Part shown: positions 18,656 to 28,943 of the stretch, one piece after another
Numbering within the stretch: position 1 is the stretch's first letter
Layout: every line of letters begins with the position of its first letter
From: Bacillus subtilis subsp. subtilis str. 168
GTDB lineage: Bacteria; Bacillota; Bacilli; Bacillales; Bacillaceae
Reading direction: 5' to 3'
Assembly: GCF_000009045.1 (NCBI RefSeq)
Contig: NC_000964.3
Location: forward strand, 3,630,001-3,662,000
DNA: 32,000 bases
Position numbers and translations under genes: made by a program
Notes under the pieces: generated by a model
What the model was told of the DNA's origin: nothing
The model's database searches: none
The model's input: the letters and a program-made list of their open reading frames with translations, nothing else

Positions 18656-19730
18656 AATTCCTTTTCACCAGCCGTTTATAAAACTTTGTAAACGGCTTAA
18701 ATTTTTCATTCACGAGTCCTGTCACTTCTGCTATGATTTGCATAAAAATAATCAAAATGAAGATAATAAACAAAGAAAGCCAAATTGTGGCACTTTTAAG
18801 TACAATCGCACTGATACTGAAAATAAATCCAATTAAATAAATAACTAAGACCGACATCCGATGTGAAAGGCCAAAGGCCATCAGTCTATGGTGAATATGC
18901 GACTTATCAGGCGCTGAAATCGGCTGTTTGTTTAATATTCTTCTGATGATAGCAAATGTTGTATCAAAAATCGGTACGCCTAATATAATAATCGGGATAA
19001 CGATACTGAACAATGTGACACTTTTATACAGGCCTAATAATGAAAGAATCGAGATACTATACCCTAAAAACAGTGATCCCGTATCTCCCATAAAGATTTT
19101 TGCCGGATGGAAGTTGTAAAACAAAAACCCCAGCGTGCTGGCAATAACGACTAATGAGAGTGACAGAATGAGCACTTTTCCGCCGGATAGCGCCATGACA
19201 GCAATCGTTGACAGGCCGATAACAGAAAGACCGGCAGCAAGGCCATCCAATCCATCAATCAGGTTAATTGCGTTCGTGATGCCGACAATCCATAATACCG
19301 TCAGCGGATAAGCCATCCATCCTAACTCAAATCGTTCTGTTAAAAAAGGTACTGAGAAAAAGTCCATTTTTAAGCCAGTGCTTACAATCATAATGGCTAC
19401 ACCTAATTGAATCAAAAACTTAACTTTTGCACTTAATTGATATTTATCGTCAAGAATACCTAACACAATAATGATGAATGCTCCGACTGTAATTGCCGTC
19501 ATCCTTGTTTCTGTGTAAATACCGGATGCAAGCACGCCTGCAACCACCCCGATAAATATGGCCAGCCCGCCCATGCGGGGCATGATTTTGTCATGTACTT
19601 TTCGATTGCTGGGCTGGTCAACTGCACCTATTTTAATCGCAATCCTTTTTACGATTGGGGTTATGATTAAAACTGTCAGCAGCGAGACAATAAACGCAAC
19701 AACAATGCGAATCATGCGTTCGTCAAGCAT
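18654..19730 (-). CDS. tagO: TagO, undecaprenyl-phosphate GlcNAc-1-phosphate transferase
   Basis: 358 aa, polytopic, PxxGGxA and NxxNxxDGLDGL, ADKSHIHH motifs. Confidence 0.98.
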   Translation of the reverse strand: MLDERMIRIVVAFIVSLLTVLIITPIVKRIAIKIGAVDQPSNRKVHDKIMPRMGGLAIFIGVVAGVLASGIYTETRMTAITVGAFIIIVLGILDDKYQLSAKVKFLIQLGVAIMIVSTGLKMDFFSVPFLTERFELGWMAYPLTVLWIVGITNAINLIDGLDGLAAGLSVIGLSTIAVMALSGGKVLILSLSLVVIASTLGFLFYNFHPAKIFMGDTGSLFLGYSISILSLLGLYKSVTLFSIVIPIIILGVPIFDTTFAIIRRILNKQPISAPDKSHIHHRLMAFGLSHRMSVLVIYLIGFIFSISAIVLKSATIWLSLFIIFILIIFMQIIAEVTGLVNEKFKPFTKFYKRLVKRN

Positions 19731-19847
19731 AAAGAAGTCTCCTTTGGAATTAAATGAAGTCTTTATTTATATAGAGAACCGTTCCTTCCATTATACCTTC
19801 TCCTTAGTTATTATAACAAGCTTCATCAAAAAGAAACACGTATAATC

Positions 19848-19885
19848 AAAAAACGCGCATCCCAATTTATAGGACTACGCATGTT
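19848..19885 (-). terminator. Candidate terminator at the end of the tua operon
   Basis: Minus strand AAAAACATGCGTAGTCC...GGGATGCGCGTTTTTT overlapping the tuaH stop. Confidence 0.65.
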
Positions 19886-21074
19886 TTTGAATCCCTGTAT
19901 ATTTCATAATTTGTCTAAATAAGCAATTCCAATCTTGTGTCCGGGCGATGTTTCGGCGCATTTCTTTATAGGTCTCGTCTCCGTTTTGACCGAGAACTTT
20001 TTCACAAGCGGCTATAAAATCAATCGGATGATCGCCCTCTACATATTCGTATACATACGGCTTTTGCATTTTTGAGGTTGACGGAAGATTAGTGCCTACA
20101 ACAGGTTTTCCTGCCGCTAAAAATTCAAATAGTTTCAGCGGAAACACAGCTTGATTATACGGTGATTGTTTATATGGCATAATGCCAATGTCGATAAGCT
20201 CCATATAATGAGGCACTTCTTTTGGATCTGCCGGACCGGTCCATATGACATTGGGAAGCCTCAGCAGCTCTTGAAACGAAACATCACCATTGGTGGCATC
20301 CGGGCCAACCCATAAAAATGTCCAATCAGGCTTTTGCAGTGCCGCTTCTTTAATCATTTTAAAATCGAGCTTCGGTTTAATCCCGCCAATAAAACCTAAC
20401 ACTATTCCTTCTCTCCCCTGCAGTATACTGCGATCGGGAGCTTGTTTATTTGCAGAAAACAGCTCATACTCCACACCGTTTTCCACAGTATGAACCTTTT
20501 CTCGTCCTGCAGTCAGTTTTTTGTCTACTTCCTTGTGAAGATAATCTGATGAACAGGTTATTGAATCTGCTCGTTGTATAATTCTCAGCTCTGCCGATTT
20601 AATGACTTTTCGCCGGAATTCAGACAGCAGATTTGATCGGCCGCTGATCGGCGCAGCCCATAGGTCACTGCAGTCATAAATGACCTGATCCCAAGAATAC
20701 AGCGAAGACAGCAGCGGGAATCCGGGAAACGTGTACCATAAACAGCAGCGTTCACCGTTTGCAGAAGCAGGTGTAAGCTCATCGAGTAATGGGGAGAGCT
20801 TATGTCTGTAAAAGACATCTGTATATCGTCCGAAACGAAACATTTTTTTCTGCAGCAGGTCTTTGACAGCGAATTGCCTGATGCCAGAATGGACTTCCTG
20901 AAACTCTTTCCCTTGGGCACGCGGAGCCGGACATACCCAAATAACTTCCTTCGTTTCCTCCTGAGCAGCTAAAAATTCTGCCAGCCGGTGCCTTCTGTAT
21001 CTCAATTGGTCTTTTCCCCATTCAGCAGTGGCAACGATGACATGAATGATTGCTTCTTTTGTTTCCACCTTCAT
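19875..21074 (-). CDS. tuaH: TuaH glycosyltransferase, teichuronic acid synthesis
   Basis: 399 aa from ATG 21074, GT-B fold type C-terminus (ADSITCSSDYLHKEVDK...NPYNQAVFPLKLFEFLAAGKPVVGTNLP). Confidence 0.92.
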   Translation of the reverse strand: MKVETKEAIIHVIVATAEWGKDQLRYRRHRLAEFLAAQEETKEVIWVCPAPRAQGKEFQEVHSGIRQFAVKDLLQKKMFRFGRYTDVFYRHKLSPLLDELTPASANGERCCLWYTFPGFPLLSSLYSWDQVIYDCSDLWAAPISGRSNLLSEFRRKVIKSAELRIIQRADSITCSSDYLHKEVDKKLTAGREKVHTVENGVEYELFSANKQAPDRSILQGREGIVLGFIGGIKPKLDFKMIKEAALQKPDWTFLWVGPDATNGDVSFQELLRLPNVIWTGPADPKEVPHYMELIDIGIMPYKQSPYNQAVFPLKLFEFLAAGKPVVGTNLPSTSKMQKPYVYEYVEGDHPIDFIAACEKVLGQNGDETYKEMRRNIARTQDWNCLFRQIMKYTGIQKHA

Positions 21075-21096
21075 CACCTTTTCTCTCTGTTTGCAG

Positions 21097-21855
21097 CTAT
21101 AATCTTTTTTTCACCGCGTTTTTTGCATATTGAACAAAACACCATGTTGCTTTCATAAAATGAAGCCGTTCGATCTCCCTGTAGACAAACCACGTTTTTT
21201 TCGCAGCCTTCCATTTGTTGCTGGAAATTGAATTATTGACAAGCCGATATTCAGCCAGGCATTCATTCATTCCATAGGCAGTAAATCCTTTTTTTAAAAG
21301 AGACAGCCATGTGGCTAAGTCCTGTCTCGTTCTGATATTCGGCATTTGGATCTGTCCCGTTTGCTCCCTGTCAATCATCACCGTCAAGCAGCCGATAATT
21401 GTATTTTTCAGGGCGTCATCGTACGTCAGGCTTTCCGGCGCATGAATAAATTTATCGAGCGGGGTCCCGTCCTGCGCCATTAAGCTGTAGCCCGTGAAAG
21501 AGAACGCACAGGAGCGCTCCATCATAAACTCAAGCTGCTTTTCCAGTTTGTCTTTTTTCCATTTGTCATCACTGTCCAAAAATGCTACGTAGCGCCCTTG
21601 AGCGCGTTCCAACGCTTTGTTGCGAGCAACCGCAGCTCCGGAGTTCTCTTCCAGATACACCACATGAATTCTTTCGTCTATTTTTTCATACTGCTGTAAA
21701 ATGTCGCGGGTCCCATCCGTTGAGCAATCATCCACGATAATCATTTCCCAATGAGGATGGCTCTGATCTAATACCGAATGAACCGTGTCTTCAATATAGT
21801 CACGCGCATTATAGGAAGGTGTAATGACAGATACGAGAGGTTTCCAATTGGTCAT
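21097..21855 (-). CDS. tuaG: TuaG family 2 glycosyltransferase
   Basis: 252 aa from ATG 21855; PLVSVITPSYNARDYIEDTVHSVLDQSHPHWEMIIVDDCSTDGT, DSDD motif. Confidence 0.95.
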   Translation of the reverse strand: MTNWKPLVSVITPSYNARDYIEDTVHSVLDQSHPHWEMIIVDDCSTDGTRDILQQYEKIDERIHVVYLEENSGAAVARNKALERAQGRYVAFLDSDDKWKKDKLEKQLEFMMERSCAFSFTGYSLMAQDGTPLDKFIHAPESLTYDDALKNTIIGCLTVMIDREQTGQIQMPNIRTRQDLATWLSLLKKGFTAYGMNECLAEYRLVNNSISSNKWKAAKKTWFVYREIERLHFMKATWCFVQYAKNAVKKRL

Positions 21856-21878
21856 GATCACATCTCCATCGTATGATT

Positions 21879-22559
21879 TTAAAAGGATTCTCTGAAAAAT
21901 TCAGGAATGACAACGAACATAAAGGCAATCGTAAGGCCAATCATAACGCCGAGAACTGCTTTCTTTTTCGGAGACATACCGCCGCCTGCTGTCTCACTTA
22001 CGGTTTCGGAATCAGTAACACTTGCCGCTTTCAGGTTAAGCTGTGTGTTTTTGAGTTCATATAAAAATCTCTCTTTATCCACTTTGGAATCCTCGCTCAC
22101 CGACTCGCCTTCAAGCGCGTCTATGCTGCTGCGGATGACGGCTTCTCTTTCTGCATACAGCTTTTGATCGTTTTTGAGGAAGGTGGAGGATATGGCGTTT
22201 AAGACAGATTCCGTTCTATCCTTATCCTCGTCACTATAGCTTAAAGTCAGTAACGATTTGGATTCCGTATTGATTGTAAGCTTCTCTTTGATCTCTGCTA
22301 CATCTTCATCCTTTTCATCAGGAAGCGCCTCCTTCAAAAAGGAGTCGCTCTTTAATAGAAGCGGAATCTCTTCTGTGCTGTTATAAACCGGATGATCATA
22401 GCTCCCCACAGCCAAAGTATCTTCAGCTGTATAGCTCTTTTGATCAGCGATCTGTGACGGCAGGATATACCCCGCCGCACCTAATATAATTGGCACCGCT
22501 ATGATCCAAATGATATTTTTTTTTATGCGACGGGCTATTCTTATCAATATATCGTTCAT
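21879..22559 (-). CDS. tuaF: TuaF Wzz-like membrane protein
   Basis: 226 aa with N- and C-terminal TM helices, Wzz-like organisation. Confidence 0.92.
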   Translation of the reverse strand: MNDILIRIARRIKKNIIWIIAVPIILGAAGYILPSQIADQKSYTAEDTLAVGSYDHPVYNSTEEIPLLLKSDSFLKEALPDEKDEDVAEIKEKLTINTESKSLLTLSYSDEDKDRTESVLNAISSTFLKNDQKLYAEREAVIRSSIDALEGESVSEDSKVDKERFLYELKNTQLNLKAASVTDSETVSETAGGGMSPKKKAVLGVMIGLTIAFMFVVIPEFFRESF

Positions 22560-22587
22560 ATAAGTCTCCCTGCTTTTTGTAGTCTGT

Positions 22588-24054
22588 TTATCTGTACATC
22601 GGCTCAGGCATTTGTCTGGATCGCCTTAACACATTCACGGCGGCGATGACGAGCGCCATAAACACCCAATGGAAAAATAAATTTGAAACAGAGCTTGGGC
22701 TGATACTTGATACCAGGAAACTGACCATAGCGGTAATAAGTCCTTCTGTGATCAGTTTTGACTGATTTTCTAATTTTCTTTCATAAAACTTGTAAAGCAC
22801 CCATATGAGGTAGGCATAAACGGACAAATATCCCAGCATGATGAACAAACCAAAATTAGCAAGAATTTCAACAAGCCAGTTATGCACCTCTGCCACATTG
22901 TCAGTATCATATACAGCATAATGCTCAAGATAATAGGATACATTTCCTGCCCCGACTCCGAATCCGTATGAATCAAGGAAAAAATGCCAAGCGTTTTTCA
23001 GCAGATTTGCCCGAGCCACATTTGATGGAAGCCTGTCATGAAATGAATGCAGCGTCTGCGGGGCCAGAAACAGCTCCCAAAACTTTGAATAGATTTTGCT
23101 GGCGAAAAGAACTGCGAAAAGAGCAATTCCCGCCGCCGACAGCCATATAGCCATTCTCTTTAAAACAGGCGGCAATACAATGAAGATGTAGACAGCAATA
23201 CCTGCAAAAATGCCCAGAAGGCTGGCTCTTGAACCAGTGGCAAAAATTAAATACAACGCACAGAGCGAGAGCACAAGGCCAATTGCCTTGATGTATCCAT
23301 TCTTAATGTTTTTCATCATCGTGATGTAAAAAAAGAAGCTGATGGATAAAAAGGTCGCAAAGTCATTTTGATTAAAAAAGACCGATGTCGGATAATGCTG
23401 CTTGTACTCCGGTCCGCTGTACAATGTGGAACTCGCAAGATGATGGTGGGTGATATGATTGTAAAAACCAATGATCATCAGAAATACCGTCATCACCAGC
23501 CAAATGGCATAAACAATCATCAGCCGCTCCATTTTTTGCACGTACATGACAATAAGATAAATGAAGAAGATCCCCATTGCCAATAAGGCTAAATACTTGA
23601 GGCCAACTGTTACCGACTTGGCCCACAGCAGAGAAACAAGGCCATATATAAACCAAAAGGCGAAAAAGAGTAAAATCCCTTTTACTTGCAGCCCATGCCA
23701 TCTTTCAATATGGGTTCGATTCCGAACCATGCCGAAAATATGAAGGCAACCCGCTGCAATGAGCAGAAGCCGGTAAAGGAACAAACTGAAAAATCCAAGA
23801 TGAATGGCAAAAAATGCATTATTTAAAAAAGTGCAGGCGATCAAAATATAGATTACAGCCATAAAGAGCCGTTCTTTTGTTGTAAATGCGGTTGCAAGCG
23901 TCAGTAAAAACAGGCCAATTGCCAACACCGCAAGCACAGCAGCCATCTGCATGAAACCTATATCTTTATGGATGGCTCCCAGCAATAGGACGACTCCAAA
24001 TATAGCAGCGGCCAGTAACGCTAGCGTATGGACCGCTGATCGTTTGATACTCAC
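22588..24054 (-). CDS. tuaE: TuaE, O-antigen polymerase-like (Wzy) membrane protein
   Basis: 488 aa, many TM segments, WLVEILANFGLFIMLG region typical of Wzy/ligase family. Confidence 0.93.
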   Translation of the reverse strand: MSIKRSAVHTLALLAAAIFGVVLLLGAIHKDIGFMQMAAVLAVLAIGLFLLTLATAFTTKERLFMAVIYILIACTFLNNAFFAIHLGFFSLFLYRLLLIAAGCLHIFGMVRNRTHIERWHGLQVKGILLFFAFWFIYGLVSLLWAKSVTVGLKYLALLAMGIFFIYLIVMYVQKMERLMIVYAIWLVMTVFLMIIGFYNHITHHHLASSTLYSGPEYKQHYPTSVFFNQNDFATFLSISFFFYITMMKNIKNGYIKAIGLVLSLCALYLIFATGSRASLLGIFAGIAVYIFIVLPPVLKRMAIWLSAAGIALFAVLFASKIYSKFWELFLAPQTLHSFHDRLPSNVARANLLKNAWHFFLDSYGFGVGAGNVSYYLEHYAVYDTDNVAEVHNWLVEILANFGLFIMLGYLSVYAYLIWVLYKFYERKLENQSKLITEGLITAMVSFLVSSISPSSVSNLFFHWVFMALVIAAVNVLRRSRQMPEPMYR

Positions 24055-24138
24055 ATGTTTAACCCCTTTCCTGATGTTTCAGGAGCCGGCGGCCGAGCCT
24101 AGCAGCCGGCAGCTTCAACCAAGTAACACTTTTTCTTT

Positions 24139-25524
24139 TTATAAATTGACGCTTCCCAAGTCTTTAGCCAATTCTTCAAGCGGCAAGCCCGGAAAATACT
24201 TGTCAGAGGGTTCCGTTCCCCGAACAGCGGGACGGCCGATAGAGTGATAAATGTATCCGGCTGCCTGCATCTCTTCAAGTGAAAATAAATTTCTGCCGTC
24301 AATGATGACTGGCTGTTTTAAGAGGGTTTTCACTTTTACAAGCTCCATTTCTTTCACTTCCGGCCAATCCGTTAAAATCAGGCATGCATCAGTGTCTTCC
24401 ATCGCAGCATACACATCTGTGTAATACTCGACCTGTTCGCCAAGGATCGCTGAAGCTTCAGGAATAGCAATCGGATCGTATGCTTTTACATGGGCGCCCA
24501 GCTGCTGCAGCATTGGGATAATATCAAGCGCTGGAGCGGATCTCACATCGTTCGTATTCGGTTTGAAGGCTAATCCCAGGACTGAAATGGTTCTCCCTTT
24601 GACGCTTCCCATAACAGTCAAAAGTTTATCTACAATATGAACACGCTGCTTTTCGTTCGTTTCAATGACAGCTTCGATGAGCTTGAATGGATAGCCTGCC
24701 GATTTTGCGATTTGAAGCAGCGCGGTTGTATCCTTTGGAAAACATGAACCGCCGAATCCAATACCAGCTTTAAGGAACTTTCTGCCGATACGGCTGTCAA
24801 GACCAACACCATCAGCAACTTTTGAAACGTCTGCGCCGACTCGCTCACAAATGTTTGCGATATCGTTGATAAAGGAAATCTTTGTCGCCAGAAATGCATT
24901 CGCGGCGTATTTAATCATTTCTGCACTTTCTAGGTTTGTTTTAATGACAGGAGCATGGAATGGCTGATGAAGTTCCTCAATGATGGCAGCGGCTTTATGA
25001 CTTGTTGAACCAATCACGGCACGCTCCATATTCATCGTGTCATGAATCGCTGACCCTTCCCGAAGGAATTCAGGGTTAGATACAACATCAAATGAGTATC
25101 TCCCCTTTGAGGCTTTTTGAACGATAGATTGCACCAGTTTCCCTGTTCCAACCGGGACTGTGCTTTTATTTACGATCACTTTGTAGCCGTTAAGATGCTC
25201 ACCGATTGTTTTCGCCGCCGCTTTGACGTACGTTAAATCAGCTTCACCTGTTTTGGACATAGGCGTTCCGACTGCAATATAAATAATATCTGAGGCCCGA
25301 ATGGCAGACGGGATATCGTTCGTAAAGGTCAGGCGCTGATCCAGCACATTTTTTTCAACTAAGTCTGCAAGCCCTGGTTCATAGATTGGGATTACCCCAT
25401 TTTTCAGGCTTCTGATTTTTGATTCATCGATATCACAGCAAACAACTTTATTGCCGATCTCCGCAAAGCAAGTGCCTGATACGAGTCCTACATAACCTGT
25501 TCCAATGACAGCTATTTTTTTCAC
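24139..25524 (-). CDS. tuaD: UDP-glucose 6-dehydrogenase
   Basis: 461 aa (GTG start at 25524), KKIAVIGTGYVGLVSGTCFAEIGN...GFGGSCFPKDTTAL. Confidence 0.98.
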   Translation of the reverse strand: MKKIAVIGTGYVGLVSGTCFAEIGNKVVCCDIDESKIRSLKNGVIPIYEPGLADLVEKNVLDQRLTFTNDIPSAIRASDIIYIAVGTPMSKTGEADLTYVKAAAKTIGEHLNGYKVIVNKSTVPVGTGKLVQSIVQKASKGRYSFDVVSNPEFLREGSAIHDTMNMERAVIGSTSHKAAAIIEELHQPFHAPVIKTNLESAEMIKYAANAFLATKISFINDIANICERVGADVSKVADGVGLDSRIGRKFLKAGIGFGGSCFPKDTTALLQIAKSAGYPFKLIEAVIETNEKQRVHIVDKLLTVMGSVKGRTISVLGLAFKPNTNDVRSAPALDIIPMLQQLGAHVKAYDPIAIPEASAILGEQVEYYTDVYAAMEDTDACLILTDWPEVKEMELVKVKTLLKQPVIIDGRNLFSLEEMQAAGYIYHSIGRPAVRGTEPSDKYFPGLPLEELAKDLGSVNL

Positions 25525-25585
25525 AGCGCTCAACCCTCTCCTGTAAAATGATCTTCCAATTTATAATGGTCGCAGTGTCTTACGA

Positions 25586-26755
25586 TTAAACGGACGTTTT
25601 CGTGACCGTCTGATACTGATGATGCAAGGCCTTGGCGTTTTTTCCTGCGTCAAATTGAGCCTGCACGGTTTCATACAAGTCATCTGCTACTTCCGGCTTC
25701 CATATTTGCTCATGTTCGTACCGAGTGATCGCTTCCGCCAAGGCTTGAGCGGATTTCGGTTTAATCAGCAGATGTTGGTGCTTTCCGAATAAAGACGACA
25801 CTCCGCCAACATCCGTACAAATAACAGGAACCCTTAGCGCCAGCGCCTCAATCACAACAGTCGGCATCCCCTCACTGTAAGAAGGAAGTACGAATAGATC
25901 TGCCGCAAGTAAATAGTCTCTTACCTGATGATTCGGGACTTGGCCTGTGACGATATGCCCCTTCTGCGTCAGCGTCGATTTTGCGGGACCATCCCCGACA
26001 AAGACTGCCTTAGGAGAGTCCTGCAGCGATTCGATCGCTTCAGACAGTTCAAAAATGCCTTTCTCTCTGACCAGCCGGCCGACATAGACAGCCAGACGCT
26101 GATCGAGCGGGAGTCCGAGTCTTTTTCTGATTTCCTCTTTCGTCTCCTCATTCCCCTGAAAACGGCTGAGCTGTATGCCGATTGGCAAAACCGAGCTGTC
26201 AAAGCCCGAAAGCTTTTTGGCTTCTTCCTGAAGCTTGTGGCTGACTGCTAAAACAACTGACGCAGAACCTACGGCACGCTTGAAGGCTTTAAACGCACCT
26301 TTGCTGTAATGCGGATAGACATTCACATCACTGCCATGCAAGGTCAGGACATAAGGAATTTGCGCTGACTCTGACACGACTGCCGCAGCCCCGCCCGATG
26401 GCATGGCAAAATGCGCATGGATCAGATCCGGATATAGGTCGCGCTGTTTCATTGTTTTTAAAACGGCTGATGCGATTCTCCGATGAGGCTGCGCCCACTT
26501 CAGCTGGCCGGGAACTGCCCGATAGAAAGGCCGGTAAACCGGTATCCCCTTTCTAATCTCATACTCCGGTCTGACATCCTTTTTTCGATATGTCTTTTTC
26601 AGCATGCGGACAGGTGCTGAATGAAAAGGCCGTGGGCATATCACAGTGATATCAAGCCCGAGTTTTTGCAGCTCTTGCACCTGTGTCTCATGAAACACAC
26701 CCTCTCCGGGTTTCATACTGCTCGGATATACGCTTGTGATCCACAAAATCTTCAT
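25586..26755 (-). CDS. tuaC: TuaC GT4 glycosyltransferase
   Basis: 389 aa from ATG 26755, HAHFAMPSGGAAAVVS...PSYSEGMPTVVIEALALRVPVICTDVGG. Confidence 0.95.
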   Translation of the reverse strand: MKILWITSVYPSSMKPGEGVFHETQVQELQKLGLDITVICPRPFHSAPVRMLKKTYRKKDVRPEYEIRKGIPVYRPFYRAVPGQLKWAQPHRRIASAVLKTMKQRDLYPDLIHAHFAMPSGGAAAVVSESAQIPYVLTLHGSDVNVYPHYSKGAFKAFKRAVGSASVVLAVSHKLQEEAKKLSGFDSSVLPIGIQLSRFQGNEETKEEIRKRLGLPLDQRLAVYVGRLVREKGIFELSEAIESLQDSPKAVFVGDGPAKSTLTQKGHIVTGQVPNHQVRDYLLAADLFVLPSYSEGMPTVVIEALALRVPVICTDVGGVSSLFGKHQHLLIKPKSAQALAEAITRYEHEQIWKPEVADDLYETVQAQFDAGKNAKALHHQYQTVTKTSV

Positions 26756-28203
26756 GACAAACGTCCTTTTCTTAGTAGTTTGCTTTTCGTTTGAGGGTAC
26801 GCTTTTACCAAAAGAAAGAGATAGCACAGCGCCCCAGCCGCAACTGAAATGGCCAGCCGCATTTCTGCCTGCATACTGAAGTGTTCGGTACTGAGGCTTA
26901 CACCAAACGCGATGATGCCCATCGCCGCAGTAATCAGAAATGGCTTCATAATCGACTGGAAATAAGCTGAAAGGTTAAGCTTGATGACATATGCCAAAAG
27001 CCAGCGCCCAATCAGGAAATTAACAACGCTGATAATGGCATACACCCATGCGACTGTCAGCAGGCTTCCCGTCTGTACAGCTGCAAACAGTGATAATCCG
27101 TACAGCAGCAGCACGCCGGAATCCCAATAAAACGCTAAGTCAGCTCTTCCTTTAGCCAGCAACACAGATCCATTTGGATTCATGAGCACTCTTAGTATTC
27201 CGACAATCGCAAGAACATTTAGGATCGGAACAGCAGCAAGCCATTTTTCTCCGAAAACCGCTGTGATAAAGGCGTCTGACACAGACACGAGCCCGATTAA
27301 CAGCGGAAACGAAACAAGCGCCAGCATTTTTGTCATATTCAGAAAGCCTTCTCTGATCACGCTGTTTTCATATTTGTTTTTTGCGAAAATAGGGAATGCC
27401 ACCCGTGTGACAATCGGATTGATCTTCAAAACCGGAATGGTGACAATCTGATAAGCGAGGTTATAAATCCCCAATGCTTCAGCACCAATAAACCGGCCGA
27501 TCAAAATCATGTCGATATTTGCTCCCAGCCTGTTCACAAGACGGGATGAAAGCTGAAAGGCTCCAAAAGAAAAGAAATCCTTCATGCCTCTCAAATCAAA
27601 AACAAAAGCAGGATGCCACTTTTTTCGGTATACAGCCCAATATAAAATCCCTTTACTGGACTGCAGCAGGACTTGAGAAATCACGTACGCCAAAATCGCA
27701 TCCATCATAAAAACCGCTATCGCTAAATATCCGAATGACAATACATTTGAAAAAATCTCTATTTTGCTTAACGTATTAAAATGCAGCTGCTTTTGCAGCA
27801 TATACTGATATTGCTGTCCAATTGGCGCGATCAAAAACATAATCGCCAGAATCCGAACCAGAAACACCAGCTCTTCTCTTTGATAAAATCCCGCAATGAC
27901 AGGACTGCTCACATATAAAAGAACAAACAGCAAAACGCCCGTCATAATGTTAAGCCAATACAATGTTGACAGCTGGCGCTCCGTCGCGTCGTCTCTCTGA
28001 ATTAATGCTGCGCCAAAACCCATATCGAGCACAATCTGGGCGAAAACTGTAACCGTTGTGATCATGCCGACAAGCCCAAATTCTGTTAAGGTCATCATAT
28101 TTCCAAGCAGGGCAAACTGAACAATTTGTATGATTGTAATACACATGGTTGAAATACTTGTCCACTTTGCACCGCTCATGATTTGTTTTGTAATACTTGG
28201 CAT
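26752..28203 (-). CDS. tuaB: TuaB polysaccharide flippase (Wzx/MATE-like)
   Basis: 483 aa polytopic; ATGA overlap with tuaC. Confidence 0.95.
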   Translation of the reverse strand: MPSITKQIMSGAKWTSISTMCITIIQIVQFALLGNMMTLTEFGLVGMITTVTVFAQIVLDMGFGAALIQRDDATERQLSTLYWLNIMTGVLLFVLLYVSSPVIAGFYQREELVFLVRILAIMFLIAPIGQQYQYMLQKQLHFNTLSKIEIFSNVLSFGYLAIAVFMMDAILAYVISQVLLQSSKGILYWAVYRKKWHPAFVFDLRGMKDFFSFGAFQLSSRLVNRLGANIDMILIGRFIGAEALGIYNLAYQIVTIPVLKINPIVTRVAFPIFAKNKYENSVIREGFLNMTKMLALVSFPLLIGLVSVSDAFITAVFGEKWLAAVPILNVLAIVGILRVLMNPNGSVLLAKGRADLAFYWDSGVLLLYGLSLFAAVQTGSLLTVAWVYAIISVVNFLIGRWLLAYVIKLNLSAYFQSIMKPFLITAAMGIIAFGVSLSTEHFSMQAEMRLAISVAAGALCYLFLLVKAYPQTKSKLLRKGRLS

Positions 28204-28258
28204 CATATTCCCTACTTCTTTTTAAGCTCAGATTGATGGTGAATAATGGAATCCCGTT

Positions 28259-28907
28259 TTATCTTGCACCATCACCCGTCCAAACTACTTTACAAGTTTT
28301 TAACATAATTTTTAATTCTAAAGTGAAAGTCAGATTGCGAATGTAATATAAATCAAATATCAGCTTTTCCTTCGGCGTCATATCGTAACCGCCGTTCACC
28401 TGAGCCCAGACGCTGTGTAAAGCCTGGAATCTCATTCTGGAATTTTTCCGTAAATACGGGCCGTTCCGGACGAGGGCCAATCATACTCATATCGCCTTTC
28501 AGCACATTAAACAGCTGAGGAAGCTCGTCAATTCTCGTTCTTCTGATAAAAGCTCCGATCCTTGTCACCCGCGGATCTTGCTTCTGTGCCCAAACCGCCC
28601 CAGACTTCTCGGCATCTATTTTCATGGAACGAAGCTTATAAAGCTTAAATGGCTTCCCGCCTTTCCCTACGCGTTCCTGCGTATAAATGGCAGGCCCCGG
28701 CGTCTCCAAACAAATCAAAATTGAAAATACCGCAATCATTGGCAGCGCAATCGCCAATCCAATGAGCGCAAACCAAATATCCATTACGCGCTTTATTGCC
28801 AAATAACGAGCCGTCTTTTCAGATAATGTAAAAGAATGTATTTGTTGAACTGAGAATTCACGACTCACATTCATGCTTTTCTCTGCACTCACTGACACAC
28901 ACCTCAC
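28259..28907 (-). pseudogene. tuaA: Frameshifted TuaA (undecaprenyl-phosphate sugar-1-phosphate transferase)
   Basis: 5' frame ORF (28353..28907) carries the bacterial sugar transferase fold up to EIPGFTQRL then unrelated GSGERRLRYDAEGKADI*. The correct continuation WAQVNGGYDMTPKEKLIFDLYYIRNLTFTLELKIMLKTCKVVWTGDGAR is in another minus frame ending at 28259. Likely true start is GTG at 28892 behind GAGGTG. Confidence 0.88.
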
Positions 28908-28943
28908 GATTTGTTTGGGATGTTATGATGACCTATGCCAGTC

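Noticed and set aside
20585-21021. Minus-strand 111-aa and 73-aa ORFs inside tuaH
   Set aside because: Alternative-frame ORFs within a well-supported glycosyltransferase.
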